A DNA stretch of 64,000 bases from Octopus sinensis (taxonomy: Eukaryota), in assembly GCF_006345805.1 (NCBI RefSeq), contig NC_043011.1:7006001-7070000 (forward strand). Reading direction: 5' to 3'. The notes under the pieces were generated by a model that saw only the letters and a program-made list of their open reading frames with translations, made no database searches and was not told the origin of the DNA. Of the stretch, positions 50,771-64,000 are shown in pieces (within the stretch, counting starts at the first letter, position 1; every line of letters begins with the position of its first letter). The translations under genes and the position numbers were made by a program.

Positions 50771-52398
50771 AGTTAAGAAAAAAATCTTTTTTTTTTTTTT
50801 TTTTCAATTCTTTTAACAAAATTAGACCACTGGTGCAAAAGAAAATTGGCTTGGTAGGCAAAGTGTTAAAATACTAGACCTAGTTCAGTGTCACAGCGTT
50901 ACAGAGCAGGAAAGACCTGGCAGTTATTGTATAAGTAAGCCTACCAAGTGATTGGAGGCCAGGTCTGTCTTTTGGCCAGTCGTTTATTTATTGAAAGTGT
51001 GAGAGGGCATCAGTTTACTCTATATTTAATGGATCTCTATAAATGTTTATGGACAGTAAGTTATATAAATTATTACTGTACAGCTGCTATGTAGCTTCAT
51101 AGCAATTTTATTTTCATCACTGCCAAATTATATTCTATATTTGTTTTTTTGTATTTTTTTTTTGTTTTATTTACTTGGAAATTAATAATTACCTTTATAT
51201 TTGGACTTCATTGTAACATAGCAATATATATATACACATATAACAGATATTCTGAGAACAAAACTGTTAAAAATTTTTTTTTCCCTTTTTTATATATTTT
51301 CAAATTTTATGTTAATATTTCTTCATGTATTGAGTTTGTGTTGGTTTCTTTTTTTTTTTTTTCTTTCTTTCAATGGAAAATCCCATTTCTTTCTTTTGCC
51401 ATGTTAATATAACATTTTCGCATGATAATGTGTTTTACATGTTGTTTGTTTTTTTTTTATGATTTCTCAAATTATAAATTGTTTGACTCGCTATTATTAA
51501 GTTGTAAGACAAATATTTCTTATATTGTATTATTTTGAACAAATTCGTTTTGTTTTATTTTTTCTCTCCCCTCTCCACCTCTGTAAAAAAAAAAGGTAAA
51601 ATTCTCTTATTTTCAGTAAGAACATTCTCTACACAAATGGTTTACTTGAAAATGCCTAACCCTTCTTTTGTTGCCATATTTCTGTTGTTGAAATACACTA
51701 TCTTTTCATTTCAATTAATTTCAAAAATAAGGAAGAATTTAGTAAAATAACATTATTATTATTATCAGTAGTAGTAGTAGTAAGCAGCTGTTTGGAGCAT
51801 AAATTAAAGAGAAATATTTGGGTGGAAGGTTTTTAATCTAAAGTTAAAACAAACGTTTCATAGAACCAAGGGCAATCTCATGTGATTTAATATGAAAAGG
51901 GTTTATAGAATTGGAAATTCAGTAAAGAATCTTATCTTTGAAGATAATTTAAAGATCACTTCACAGAATTATCTTGCTTTCATTATTTTTACAACCATTC
52001 CTTATTTTATTTGTATTTCTATAGACACAGGTTATATTTTGGTTCTAAAGTTTTTTTGGACTAGACAATATCACCATTTTAGTCTCATAATAATAATAAT
52101 AATAATAATAATAATTTCATTATTTATTAGTACTGAAAAATAAGTTAAACTAAATTTATTCACATAACTAAAACTATCCAAGAGTTTGAATAAAGAGTTG
52201 CTGTTGTTTTATAATGTTAATATAAAATAAAGCATTGAAATAATGTTATAATAATTTATTAAAAGCTAAAGAAAATTAGAAAAACAAATTGTTTTGGTGT
52301 TTATTCCACAATGCTAATTCATGTATATTTATACAGACATCATTTATTCATACAGCCTGTAGAATGTATGCTGTAATTTTTAGATATAGACTAAACTA

Positions 52399-52764
52399 GG
52401 CGCAGGAGTGGCTGTGTGGTAAGTAGCTTGCTTACCAACCACATGGTTCCGGGTTCAGTCCCACTGCGTGGCATCTTGGGCAAGTGTCTTCTGCTATAGT
52501 GGATTTCGTAGACAGAAACTGAATGAAGCCTGTCGTATATATATATATATATATATATATGTCTGTGTTTGTCCCCCTAGCATTGATTGACAACCGATGC
52601 TGGTGTGTTTACGTCCCCGTAACTTAGCGGTTCGGCAAAAGAGACCAATAGAATAAGTACTGGGCTTACAAAGAATAAGTCCCGGGGTCGATTTGCTCGA
52701 CTAAAGGCAGTGCTCCAGCATGGCTGCAGTCAAATGACTGAAACGAGTAAAATAGTAAAGAGAG
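52399..52764 (+). mobile_element. SINE family A
   Basis: Homology to the other copies; possible TSD AGACTAAA. Confidence 0.9.
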
Positions 52765-52828
52765 ACTAAAGGAATACATTATCTAGCATGTTATAAACAA
52801 CTTTCTACAGGACTAAATAATATACATG

Positions 52829-53122
52829 GTGATCACGTGACCGACCAGGCTATCAGATGTTGTTACACATCGCTGGTCACAATGCACTTCGCAGTGTTTT
52901 AGCCTTCAAATGACGCCACCCCGCTGGCTAAGCGAGCAGGCCAACAGAAGAAAGAGTGGTGAAAGAGTACAGCAGGGATCACCACCACCCCCTGCCGGAG
53001 TCTCGTGGAGCTTTTAGGTGTTTTCGCTCAATAAACACACACAACGCCCGGTCTGGGAATCGAAACTGCAATCCTATGACCGCGAGTCCGCTGCCCTAGC
53101 CACTGGGCCATTGCTCCTCCAC
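52829..53122 (-). mobile_element. SINE family B, full length
   Basis: Reverse complement of 2192/14215 copies; TSD ATACATGGT. Confidence 0.9.
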
Positions 53123-53174
53123 ATACATGGTTATAAGTGTTGCAATATAACAACAGTATGAATGTCTGGCCGAA

Positions 53175-53372
53175 AGGCGGCAAGCTGGCAGAAACGCTTA
53201 ACAGTATTTCATCTGTCTTTATGTTCTGGGTTCAAATTTCACTATGGTTGACTTTGCCTTTTGTCCTCTCAGGGTTGATAAATTAAGTACCAGTTGCATA
53301 CTGGGTTGATCTAATCGACTGCCCCCCCCTCCCCAAATATTTTGGGCCTTGTACCTAGAGTAGTAAAGAATA
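53175..53372 (+). mobile_element. Family D SINE
   Basis: GGCGGCAAGCTGGCAGAAACG head plus Nin motif. Confidence 0.8.
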
Positions 53373-54067
53373 TTGTATGGCCTTTAATATAATGGCACTA
53401 ACAGTTGTCGTGAGTTTAGATAACAGTGGTTATAATATAGTATGAGTCTAGCAATATGCCTATGGTATGAGTAACATATTTGGTTGTATACAGGTCCTTT
53501 GATAGTGGGGTTCAGTTAGCATACTGGCGTGGGGCTCCTAGGAGTGACCCCAGGAGTTTTCACATATGGAGAGGAGGTCTTCTTCCCTTCTCAGGTGGAG
53601 CCTGAAAGCAACCTCGTTCCCCTTTGCAAGTATCTTTCTCTTGGAGGCCCTGATTGTCCGACTCCCAATTACTGAGTCAGTTTGGACATGAGCTTATGTT
53701 TCTGTCTAAGTGCTTCTTCTTACAAAGGTAGTGTCTTTTTAGAAAATAATACCACACACACACACCATATACTAACCAACACACATTTCTATGTTAATTG
53801 ATCTAAGACAAAAAAAAAAAAAAGATATAAAGGTGTCCTGTTTTTATATAATAATAATTAGTTATCTTATTAAATTCTATCATTTAAAATACATTAACCG
53901 CTTGCCATCCAGCTCTCTTCCTTTGTTCAACCATTATATATTTAGAAGTGTTGACAGAAAAATGAAACCAAGGAAAATGTAATGGATTACCTTGAGTGGA
54001 ATCCGAACAAGTGGTCTGCTGTTTGTCATCATAGAAAATGTCACGTTTTTCTCTTTCTTCTTTCAAG

Positions 54068-54201
54068 TTGTCATTTGGCGTTCAGTTTTACCAAACTGGC
54101 ATGCAGCAGAGTATGAGTCCTTCCCCACCACCCACAGCATCTCGTCAGGGTCTGCATCATTTTGCACGCAGAGGAAAACAGACCCGGCTAACCTTGTTGT
54201 G
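54068..54201 (+). CDS. Candidate internal exon (LSFGVQFYQTGMQQSMSPSPPPTASRQGLHHFARRGKQTRLTLL)
   Basis: Polypyrimidine tract + AAG acceptor, higher-GC open frame in phase 0 (compatible with the 43396 donor), possible TG|GTATTT donor. Confidence 0.3.
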
Positions 54202-54627
54202 GTATTTACTCTCTGACTTATAGTTTGGATTTGTTGCATTTTATTGCAGTACCAACCTTAGAAATTCTCTGTTAATTAAAAAGAAAATCCCTTCTGCTTC
54301 ATATCAGTTATTGTCCCTTTCTAAAAAGGGTAGTTTGAGAAGACCTTATCTCCTTTATATGTTCCATTTCTGATGGGGTTTCTATATTATTGAATAACTC
54401 TTCCTATTACTGACTACTTTGCTTTATAGTGTGGAATGGGTGCATTTTATGAGGCTGCAGACAGCATTATAGAAATGCCATCCACAACAACAACTAAATA
54501 GTCTTTTCTACTCGTTAATTAGTTCACTGCTGGTTAATGTTCTTTAATAAAGTCTTATATGAAAAAAAACCCCCCAGCATTTGTTTGACTGCAGAGACAA
54601 TATTGATAATACTACGAGTTGAGCATA

Positions 54628-55040
54628 AGGCTGTGAGCTGGCAGAAATGTTGCCATGCCAGGTGAAATGCCTAGTGGTATTTCGTCTGCCGTTACGTTCT
54701 GAGTTCAAATTCAGCCAAGGTCAACTTTGCCTTTCATCCTTGCGGGTTCGATAAATTAAGTACCAGTTACGCACTGGAGTCGATCTAATCAACTGGCCCC
54801 TTCCTTCAAAATTTCAGGCCTTGTGCCTAGAATAGAAAAGAATTGTTGGCACACTGGGCAAAATGCTTGGCAGCATTTCATTCAGCTTTATGTTCTGAGT
54901 TCAAATTCCACCAAGGTCGACTTTGCCTTTCATCCTTTCAGGGTCGATAAAATAAGTACCAGTAGAGTACTGGAGTTGATGTTATCAACTTACCCCACCT
55001 GCCCCCAAAATTGCTGGCCTTGTGCCAAAATTTGAAACTA
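54628..55040 (+). mobile_element. Two tandem family D SINE units
   Basis: Nin motif occurs twice. Confidence 0.8.
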
Positions 55041-56294
55041 ATATTAATAGTTGAACGATTTTTTTTTTCCCCTTTCTTGGATCAATTAGCAATTGATAAT
55101 TACTTCGCACAAACTTCTGATTAAAAACCATAATATATTATTTTTAATTGGAGATCACAAAATAAACCATAAGTCTATTTTTTAGCAGAAACTTTCTGGG
55201 TTTTTTTTCCTCCTAAATGTAGTTTTATTTATTGTGCTGAAAAAATGTATTTTTATTATTTGTAATAACAATTTTAAAGTTAAAAATCAAAAAAAAAAAA
55301 TTACCGTTTTACTAAAAAGAAAACATTTTAACATGAAATTAATCTGATAAAATCTTAAAACTTTTCAAGCAACTTGAAATAATTTTTAAAAAAAAGTTGC
55401 TTTTTTTTCTCTCCTCCCAACTTTAATATGAAATTAAAATTTGTAATATTCCCCCTGTCCCCTCATTAGATGTATTTTATTCAATGTATTTGGTGATGAT
55501 GGTCAATGCATCTTTATATTCCAAACATTTTTTTTTTTTTGTATGTATGTATATATGAGGTTAAAAGAAGGGCCTTGGAGGGAACTTCACATACACTCAC
55601 ACTCACAGCCCTGAATCTGACAAAAGCAAATATAAAGACAGTCTTCAGTGTTGCAACATTACAAATAATAATAATAATAATGTGTTGCTAGTGAAGAAAA
55701 AAATCTTAACTTCCTTATTGTAACTGTATCATCATTGATGCTTATTCTCTTAGTCGGTCTGATAAATTTAAAGCAAACAAATTTATAGACTTTTTTTACC
55801 CAACTACAAATTGTTTAACTAATTAACAAAAAAAATATTCATTTGTTTATTTGATCTTTTTATGAAAAAATTACCTTTCTTAAAAATCTATATTTTAATT
55901 CAAAAAAAATAAAATGAGCCCCCTTTTTTTTTCTCATTTCTAAACTGTCTATAGGTTCTGTTGGTTGTATACATAAATTATATAATTAACTTTTTTCAAA
56001 ACAAAAAATTATTAATTAAGATAATCACTTAATTGGCTCAATTTCTTAAACATTCTTTTTTTTATCTGACTGGTTCTCTCTCTCATCCCTTCTTTCTGTC
56101 TAGTTGTTTTTCACCCACACCTCTCCTTCCCACCCCACCCCATTTTTTAAGGGGTTTCTATTTTTGTTTTATTAAGTCTTAAAAGAACCCACAGGATTTG
56201 ACTGTGTTCAATAACTGGTGAATCTCAATGATTTGTTTTCAGATCAGTTGTCAATTCTGCATGCGTAGCAAATATAGAAATTACTAAGATATAA

Positions 56295-56674
56295 GGCAGC
56301 GAGCTGGCAGAAATGCTTAGCGGTGTTTCGTCTGCCGTTACGTTCGGAGTTCAAATTCCACCAAGGTCGACTTTGCTTTTCATCCTTTCAGGGTCGATAA
56401 ATTAAATACCAGTTACGCACTGGGGTCGATATAATCGACTTAATCCCTTTGTCTGTCCTTGTTTGTCCTCTCTGTGTTTAGCCCCTGTGGGTAGTAAAGA
56501 AATAGGTATTTCATCTGCCACTACGTTCTGAGTTCAAATTCCACTAAGGTCGACTTTGCCTTTCATCCTTTCAGGGTCGATAAATTAAGTACCAGTTACG
56601 CACTGGGGTCGATATAATCGACTTTATACGTTTGTCCCCTCTGTGTGTAGCCTCTTGTGGGCAGTAAAGAAATA
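56295..56674 (+). mobile_element. Dimeric family D SINE with 19-bp TSD
   Basis: TSD AGAAATTACTAAGATATAA at 56276-56294 and 56675-56693. Confidence 0.9.
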
Positions 56675-57182
56675 AGAAATTACTAAGATATAAAACTTTT
56701 ACAGTTTCTTTTATGAAATAAATTCATTTCCAGATGCCAATTCACCATTAAAATAATTTTAAAAATGGATTTAAAAACATAATAGAACTCAAAGAAGTTT
56801 TTTTTAAATTTACTTTAAGGTTAGAAAAGGTGGTGGACGATAAATTACATTGTAGATTCTGCTGCTGATGATGTAATTTAAAAGGTATTTTCAGTAATTA
56901 TGTAATAATACTGTTTCTCTTATTTTTGTCTGTGTGTCTCCCACCCTTGTTTGTATGCAGTAGCTATTGGGTATGTTGAGTATATAAAGACACTGGCTGC
57001 TTATTTCTCTGGCATTGGTCAAGTGCTGGAGATATTTCTGAGAACCCTGTTTGAAAATTAAGGTTCTTTTTTTTTTTCAATCTATAGAGAAATGGTTAAA
57101 TTTGCCATGTTTATATGTCCACGGAAACTGAAAGAAGCCCGTCGTATATATGCATGTGTATATATGTATGTATATGTGTATA

Positions 57183-57345
57183 GGCACAGGTGTGGCTGTG
57201 TGGTAAGTAGCTTGCTTAGCAACCACATGGTTCCAGGTTCAGCCCCACTGCGTGGTACCTTGGGCAAGTGTCTTCTACTATAGCCTCGGGCCAACCAAAG
57301 CCTTGTGAGTGGATTTGGTAGATGGAAACTGAAAGAAGCCCGTCA
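57183..57345 (+). mobile_element. SINE family A 5' half
   Basis: Homology to the other copies. Confidence 0.8.
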
Positions 57346-60300
57346 TATTGTTTGAGACAATTGAGGAAGTAGGTGATGAAACTGCATGTCTGAAAAAACA
57401 TGTAAGTGTAAACTTTGTAGTTTTATTATCTTTTAAGCAGTTTTAATTTAGCTTTAATCATAGCAAAGTTTTATAATAATAGTTAATTACAAGTATACTT
57501 TTGTTAGTTCCTATTTAATAAATTTATTGTTTTTATTAATTACTGCTAAGTTTACATTATAGCTTGTAAGGGTAAAAATATATTAATGAGTATGTAGTGT
57601 TTGTCTTATGAACTTTTGAATTAGGAAATAATGTATTTCTCTCATAATTATAATAATTATTCATTAAATTCGTGTTTATATTTTTGAAAGAATTGAATTA
57701 AAGCTTTCAATTTTTTTTATTGTAGTAGTAAATATGGAATTATTATTTGGGATTATTATTTGTATGGACTTAAAGATTGGTTGCTATTTAGTATATAATT
57801 TAGTTATTGTAGGCTTATCATTAATACCGATACAGATGTACAGAGATTTATGTGTTTTTTGTTGTAGTTTAATTTTAAAGTTAGTGGTTTAATCCTGCCT
57901 ATATTTAGATTGAATGAATGTAGTTATTACTTTTATACTATACTAAGGAAGATGGTGGGGAACATATATTTTGTATGACTTAATGGATTGGTCACTGTTT
58001 AGTTACGTATTTAGGAGTTGGTGATCAATTTACTTCCTGAATTTATTTACTGATACTGTTGTACATAGGGTAAATGTGTTTGAAAGTTGTGGTTCCTTTG
58101 GTTTGTTTGTTCCCAGACAACACTTATTTTTGTGTTGTTGACACCACTGGATTGAATGGTACTGTCCAGGTGTTGAAACCATAATGATATCCTTAGGGCA
58201 GCTGATGAGGGAAGTATGCTGGAGTGTTGGTATGGCTGTTTTTGTATTTGTGAAATAGTATTATAGTACATCCTTTTGATGTATGTTTCTGTGTTTGTCC
58301 CCCCAACCATCAATTGATAACTGATGGTGTATTTACATCACCGTAACTTAGTGGTTCAGCAAAAGAGACTGATAGAGTAAGTACTTGGCTTACAAAGAAA
58401 ATAAGTCCTGGGGTTGATTTGTTCAACTAAAGGTGGTGCTCCAGCATGGCCACAGTCAAATGACTGAAACTGTTAAGTCTATAAACAGATTGGCTGCTTG
58501 TATCTCCAGGTGGATAGGGGCCAAATTGATGCTGTGAACCCAGTAAAGGTTTGAAAATCGATTAAGGGCTGGTCATCATTGTTTTGTCCAGCCACAGACT
58601 AATAGTTACATCTGCCCAGTTCATATCATCCACTGCATTGGGAATGGCATCCAGCCATATAACGTCCATAGCAAAACAGACAATGGAACTGGTTTGCCAG
58701 CTTTTGTCAAACCATCCAGTCCATGCCAGCATGGATGATGATGATGATGATATTCCTTCTCTTCATAGAGTCCTGTGCCTTCTATACTCCAACATGTACC
58801 TACTGCAACAAATTCCCCTGTATTTCTTGTTTCTTCCAACCCTCTTTCACCTTCAAGAATCTCCTTCACTAAGACTTCATTCAGCTATTTACTTAAGCAA
58901 TTCTTCATGAATCTAGTTTCCAAACCCTTGACAGCATTCTTATAACTCACTCTCTCAGACACACCAACCATCATAATTTACAGAGCAAAGGTGTCTATGT
59001 CTGCACCTAAAATCTGAAAGGATTAGCTGTCTTAAGATAGCAATTGAAACCCATTAAAACGGTTCAGTTCAAAACCCATGTCTCTTCTTTGGTTGTGTTT
59101 CTTGACATAAACTTACATCTATGTTCATCTTAAAAGGGTAAATGAGGTTTAATTAAACTTATTCCTTTATGAAATTGAATTACTCCATTGATAATGATTT
59201 AGTCGTTGCTATCAGCTGTAATCGGAGATGTAGAGGAGTAGAGCTGCAAGGCCTAGGATTTTGAAGGGAGGTGATTAAGTGATAGCCTTGACCGTTTGTA
59301 TGTAACTAGGGAAGGAGCATGGTCTGGTGGTCAGGGTGTTGTACTTTTGATTGCAAGATCCTGCTTTCAGTTCCCAGACTGAGCAGCAGATTGTGTTCCT
59401 GAGCAAAACACTTCCTTTTCACATTGGCCCAGTCCATTCAACTGTAAAATGGGTACACCCTGCAATAGATTGGTGTATCAGGGTGGGGATAACAAGCTAC
59501 ATTTCATTTTATATTCAGCAATTGAAAGAACGAACAGTACAACCAGTACTGAGAAGCCCAACTAGTTGGGATTGGTGGTTCAAATCCTGTGAAGGGCTGA
59601 ATGAAACTTGACTGGCACATTATTTTATCAACCCTGGAGGGATGAGAGGCCAAACTGAACTTGGAATGTAGGAAGTCAGGAGAAATACTACATGGCAAGA
59701 AATTTGAGGGCAGCACATCCAAAAACCCAGTCTTCAATTAATGAGGAAGAAAGGAGTTTTAACTAGACTTTCCCTATGGGAGAGAGCATTTATAAAGTTA
59801 TATATTAGTACGTCCTTCCAACTGATTTATGGGTTTCCATTCTCTACCCTTGGGTTGCCCTACCTTTAAATTTCTTTGGGGTATGTCGTTTTTGTACCTT
59901 TAGATCTTTGCACAACTGACAGCACAGGTGGTATTCCCTACTGTAATGGCAGTAGTATTAGTACACAGGGGCAGACTAAATATCTCGGTTATTTTCATGT
60001 TTAAAGTAAACCCTCAGTTTCATTGATCCCTTCCCCCGAATTAATGCATTTCAGATTTAATGGTTAAGCATTTAGTTATGTTATATATTAATTATATTCT
60101 ATTGTTAATTAGTCCCAAGTCAGACTTGCAAACCCATGGCCAAAGATGTTCAGCACCACCGTTTCCCCCCCCTCCTTTTTCTTTGTAACACTGTAGTCTT
60201 GGATACAGATGTGATGACCTTCTTTTTCTAAGATGGTAGGGTGTGATTTGAATGAGATTTGGTTGCCATTTCTCCTAGTATCAGTGACCATGTACAATCA

Positions 60301-61975
60301 ACATTGTCACTATTTTTAACATCTGTCTTCCATGCTGGCATGGGTTGGACTGTTTAACCGGACCCAATAAGCTGGAGGACTGTGTCCAGCTCAAATGCCT
60401 GCTTTGGCACAGGTTCTATGGCTGGATGCCCTTCCCAACCATTTCACAGAATCTACTGGGTACTCTTTTTTTTTTTCTTCTTTATGACTGACATATAATG
60501 TCAGAGTAAGGTCAAGTAAATTGCAAAGGAAGAAAAATAGAGATCTTTCAATTATTGTATTACAATTACATTTTTTACAATAAAACATTACCTTTGATTT
60601 AACAAACTCCACATTCACAAACATATCTTTCCCTGCCACCTACATTACTCTGTTAATTCAAGCATTTACCATATTTTAATCTTAATTACAACAGCAGCAA
60701 TAAATGTTAATACTGAAAGAAATAGTTATAAAGATGTGTGTGTGACAAATGAATAGGAGTTGTGTAATCATTATTAGCATATAACTGTTTCGGCTAAAAG
60801 AAACCGAGCTGTAAGCTAACGGAGGTTATTTACATGTCTCATGTCCTTTATTAATTAATGTTAATTAATGTTCTGTTCTGACTTTTTAGTTTGTATAAGT
60901 GTCTAGAGCAGATAACATCAGACAATCCATACTTGCTTGCCACTGGGCCTTGCTAATACTGGTGAACCATAACTAGACTGGGGTTTAACAACTGGTTATT
61001 TTGGGTATTTCTAGGACTGGGTGGAACTATAATTAATATGGTCTCCCTGTGTCATGGTTGGTTTCTATAGAAGTTTCTCAGAAATTGAGTGAATTCATTC
61101 ACAAGTGATCAGATGGGACAGTTTATATTTCATTTCAAACTGGTTTTAAATTCTGGATAGGGCATTGGTGTGACCGGGTGACTGGTTCGATAGGGCATCC
61201 CCATAACTGAGGTACCAGGGTCTGGTACAACTTGTCACTGTTAAACAGTGGAAGCGCTGTGTAAAATGGTTAAGAGCAGCCTCAAGTACCGAGTTAAAAG
61301 CCATTGGCTGTGTTGAAGCCAATCAAAGCATTATTGTTTGCCTTAACTGGAAAGTGACCCAGCACCAAGTTACTAAAAAGTTCCATGCTGATACTAGTTG
61401 TGTTTGACTGACCATTAAAGTTATACCAATACATCACTAATAATAATAATAATAATAATAATGATGAGCTTATTGCATGCAGTGCTCAAGTACACTACAA
61501 TTCACCAGAAGACACTTAAACGGGGGACAGAGAGCACCTATAAGTCAAAGAAAGCCAAAAGTACCTGTATCGTACCCAGAAATAGAGGGAAGCAGGGAAT
61601 CTTTAGAGGATAACTTGTTTATTGTGGGTGTAGCCATATGGTTAAGAACTTTGCTTCCAAATAACAGGGTTTAAAATCCTTCCCCTCTGCATGGCTACTG
61701 GTGGTGGTTCGTGTCTTCTACAATGGTGATAGTTTGAAAAACACCCCAGTGGGTGACCTTGGGGGGGAGGAGGAATGCTTTATGAAACCTATTGTATGTG
61801 CGTGTTTACAATCCTCTGGAATGGTATGACTGGTCATTTAGCTGTTGTTCAAAGGACTTAGGAGAAATGCTCCCTTAATACTACAAAACAGATATGGGTT
61901 GGTGGCAAGCAGAGTATTTGACTATAGAAAAACCCTGCCTCAAGTTTTGTCTGACAAGAAAAAATAGTCACCAAA

Positions 61976-62467
61976 ACACACACACACACATGAGCTCTCC
62001 TGTCATACATGAAATATCTCTTTTACTTGTTTCAGTCATTTAACTGTGGCCATGCTGGAACACCACCTTTAGTCGAGCAAATCGACCCCAGGACTTATTC
62101 TTTGTAAGCCTAGTACTTAGCCTATCAGACTCTTTTGCCGAACCGCTAAGTTACGGGGACGTAAACACACCAGCATCGGTTGTCAAGCGATGTTGGGGGG
62201 ACAAACACAGACACACAAACATACACACACACACACATGAGCTCTCCTGTCATACATGAAATATCTCTTTTACTTGTTTCAGTCATTTAACTGTGGCCAT
62301 GCTGGAACACCACCTTTAGTCGAGCAAATCGACCCCAGGACTTATTCTTTGTAAGCCTAGTACTTAGCCTATCAGACTCTTTTGCCGAACCGCTAAGTTA
62401 CGGGGACGTAAACACACCAGCATCGGTTGTCAAGCGATGTTGGGGGGACAAACACAGACACACAAAC

Positions 62468-62470
<3 letters not shown>
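61976..62470. repeat. 247-bp direct tandem duplication (flank + SINE A 3' half)
   Basis: TGAGCTCTCCTGTCATAC at 61991 and 62238; the units look identical and are bounded by (CA)n. Confidence 0.9.
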
Positions 62471-62504
<34 letters not shown>

Positions 62505-62668
62505 CATATATACGACAGGCTTCTTTCAGTTTCCGTCTACCAAATCCACTCACAAGGCTTTGGTCGGCCCGAGGCTATAGTAGAAGACACTTGCCCAAGG
62601 TGCCACGCAGTGGGACTGAACCCAGAACCATGTGGTTGGTAAGCAAGCTACTTACCAGAGAGCCACTC
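62265..62668 (-). mobile_element. SINE family A
   Basis: Reverse complement of the family consensus. Confidence 0.9.
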
Positions 62669-63079
62669 TTGTGTTCAATTTCATGCTGAACAATCTGCAC
62701 AAATGATTTGAATGTTTTTGCTGTCCATTAGCTGCCACCTCTCTTTATCAAACTGCTATCACCTGTAGAGGTGCACAGTGTGCCATGCAAACTGCCCAGT
62801 AAATTGAGAATATAAGGTTTGGCTTACCTTTCTGGTTGCAGTGGATTTTTGCAAGCATAGAACAATGGTTTTGATGGCAAGAGATTTTCTTCTTTCTCGG
62901 GGGCTGCTGTCTCAGGCGGACTCCCTGGTCGCTGGTCTGGCCCAAGGAAGGAATCCATCCTCTCACCCCTATTTCTGTGTTGTTGGCTCTCCATTGCTTA
63001 TGACAACAGTTCCAGTTGATCCAATGAACGGAACAGTCTGCTAGGGAAATAAACATGCAAGTGGCCAAGCACATGGCTC

Positions 63080-63263
63080 ATCATCGTTGTTCGACCGTGG
63101 TCGAGACAATGGAATTTACCATGCTACGCCAGACTTCACGGTCGATCATAGCATTACGGAGGTCCTGTTGCTGGATGCCTGTATCCCTGGAGATTACATC
63201 AGGGTAGGAGAGTGTGCGCCCTCTGGTATTGCGAGTAGATGGCTTCCAGAGGAGAAGAGTAGA
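63080..63263 (-). mobile_element. Short 3' fragment of a second RTE-like LINE family
   Basis: Minus frame LSYPDVISRDTGIQQQDLRNAMIDREVWRSMVNSIVSTTVEQR*, ATGATGA tail, TSD ATGGCTCA; inserted at the head of a family E SINE (63264-63520). Confidence 0.7.
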
Positions 63264-63558
63264 AATGGCTCAGTGGTTAGGGGTTTGGGCTCATGAGCAT
63301 AAGGTTGTGAGTTCATTCCCCAGCAATGTGTTGAGTTCTTGAGCAAGACACTTTTTTTTTCACATTGCTCCAGTGCATTCAGCTTGCCTAAGTGAGTTGT
63401 GCCTGTACTTCAAATGGCCAGCCTTACAACATTGTGTACCATACTGAATCACCTTGGAAATTACATTTAGGGTACGCCTGTCTGTGGACTAGTTGATGAT
63501 GATGCACATTTAAATGGCCATTTGTACAATATGTATTTTTGTGGTACTGTTAGTGGTA

Positions 63559-63773
63559 CAAGGGGGTGCTGAAAAGTTCCTGGCTTTAACGGTATCAGAA
63601 AATGCCTGGCTGTGGAGGTCCAACTTTGAGTTGCAGGGCTTAGAAAAACTGAAGGACCACTGCAGTAAGTGGTGTGAATCTGAGAGGGGGGGAATAGGTT
63701 GAATAGAATCCTAATTAACTGATCCTCCTGTATTTTTCTTTTACCCAAAGCCAGGAAGTCTTCAGCACCCCAT
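63559..63773. mobile_element. Mariner-type MITE
   Basis: TA|CAAGGGGGTGCTGAAAAGTTCCTGGCTTT ... AAAGCCAGGAAGTCTTCAGCACCCC. Confidence 0.8.
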
Positions 63774-63870
63774 TACTTAGACATTATGGTAAAAATCAAA
63801 AACTACTCCCCCCCCCCCCACTTTAACAAGAACTACCAACCTGAAATTACACCTTTACTTTAATTACATT

Positions 63871-63901
<31 letters not shown>

Positions 63902-64000
63902 TTGACATCTTTAACGAACGTTAATTACACTAAACCAAATTAATGGAAACTTTTCTTCTATGGAAAGTAAAATCTATTAACAATTGTATAATTAGTTAAC

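Overview
AT-rich, microsatellite-dense eukaryotic DNA, mostly intron or intergenic. The repeat content (tRNA-derived CORE-like and Nin-domain SINEs, RTE LINEs, Asn-rich coding exon) points to an octopus/coleoid cephalopod genome; this is an inference. Host coding sequence is limited to one strong + strand exon of an unidentified gene (42218-43396) and two weak candidate exons. The rest is a young 5'-truncated RTE LINE (18165-21875, -) with a PHD-type finger, dozens of SINEs and RTE 3' fragments, Helitrons, piggyBac- and mariner-type MITEs and relics, and a 23-bp minisatellite. Almost all short ORFs in the track are repeat artefacts. The most interesting unannotated signal is about 10 hammerhead-ribozyme-like motifs from several sequence families. 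They lie in short non-coding, Penelope-like modules whose 3' ends mostly abut (TA)n tracts. Three loci have inverted-arm (foldback) architecture, and one has captured an inverted copy of neighbouring genomic DNA between two outward-facing hammerheads (11845-12438). All coordinates were read by eye and repeat boundaries are approximate.
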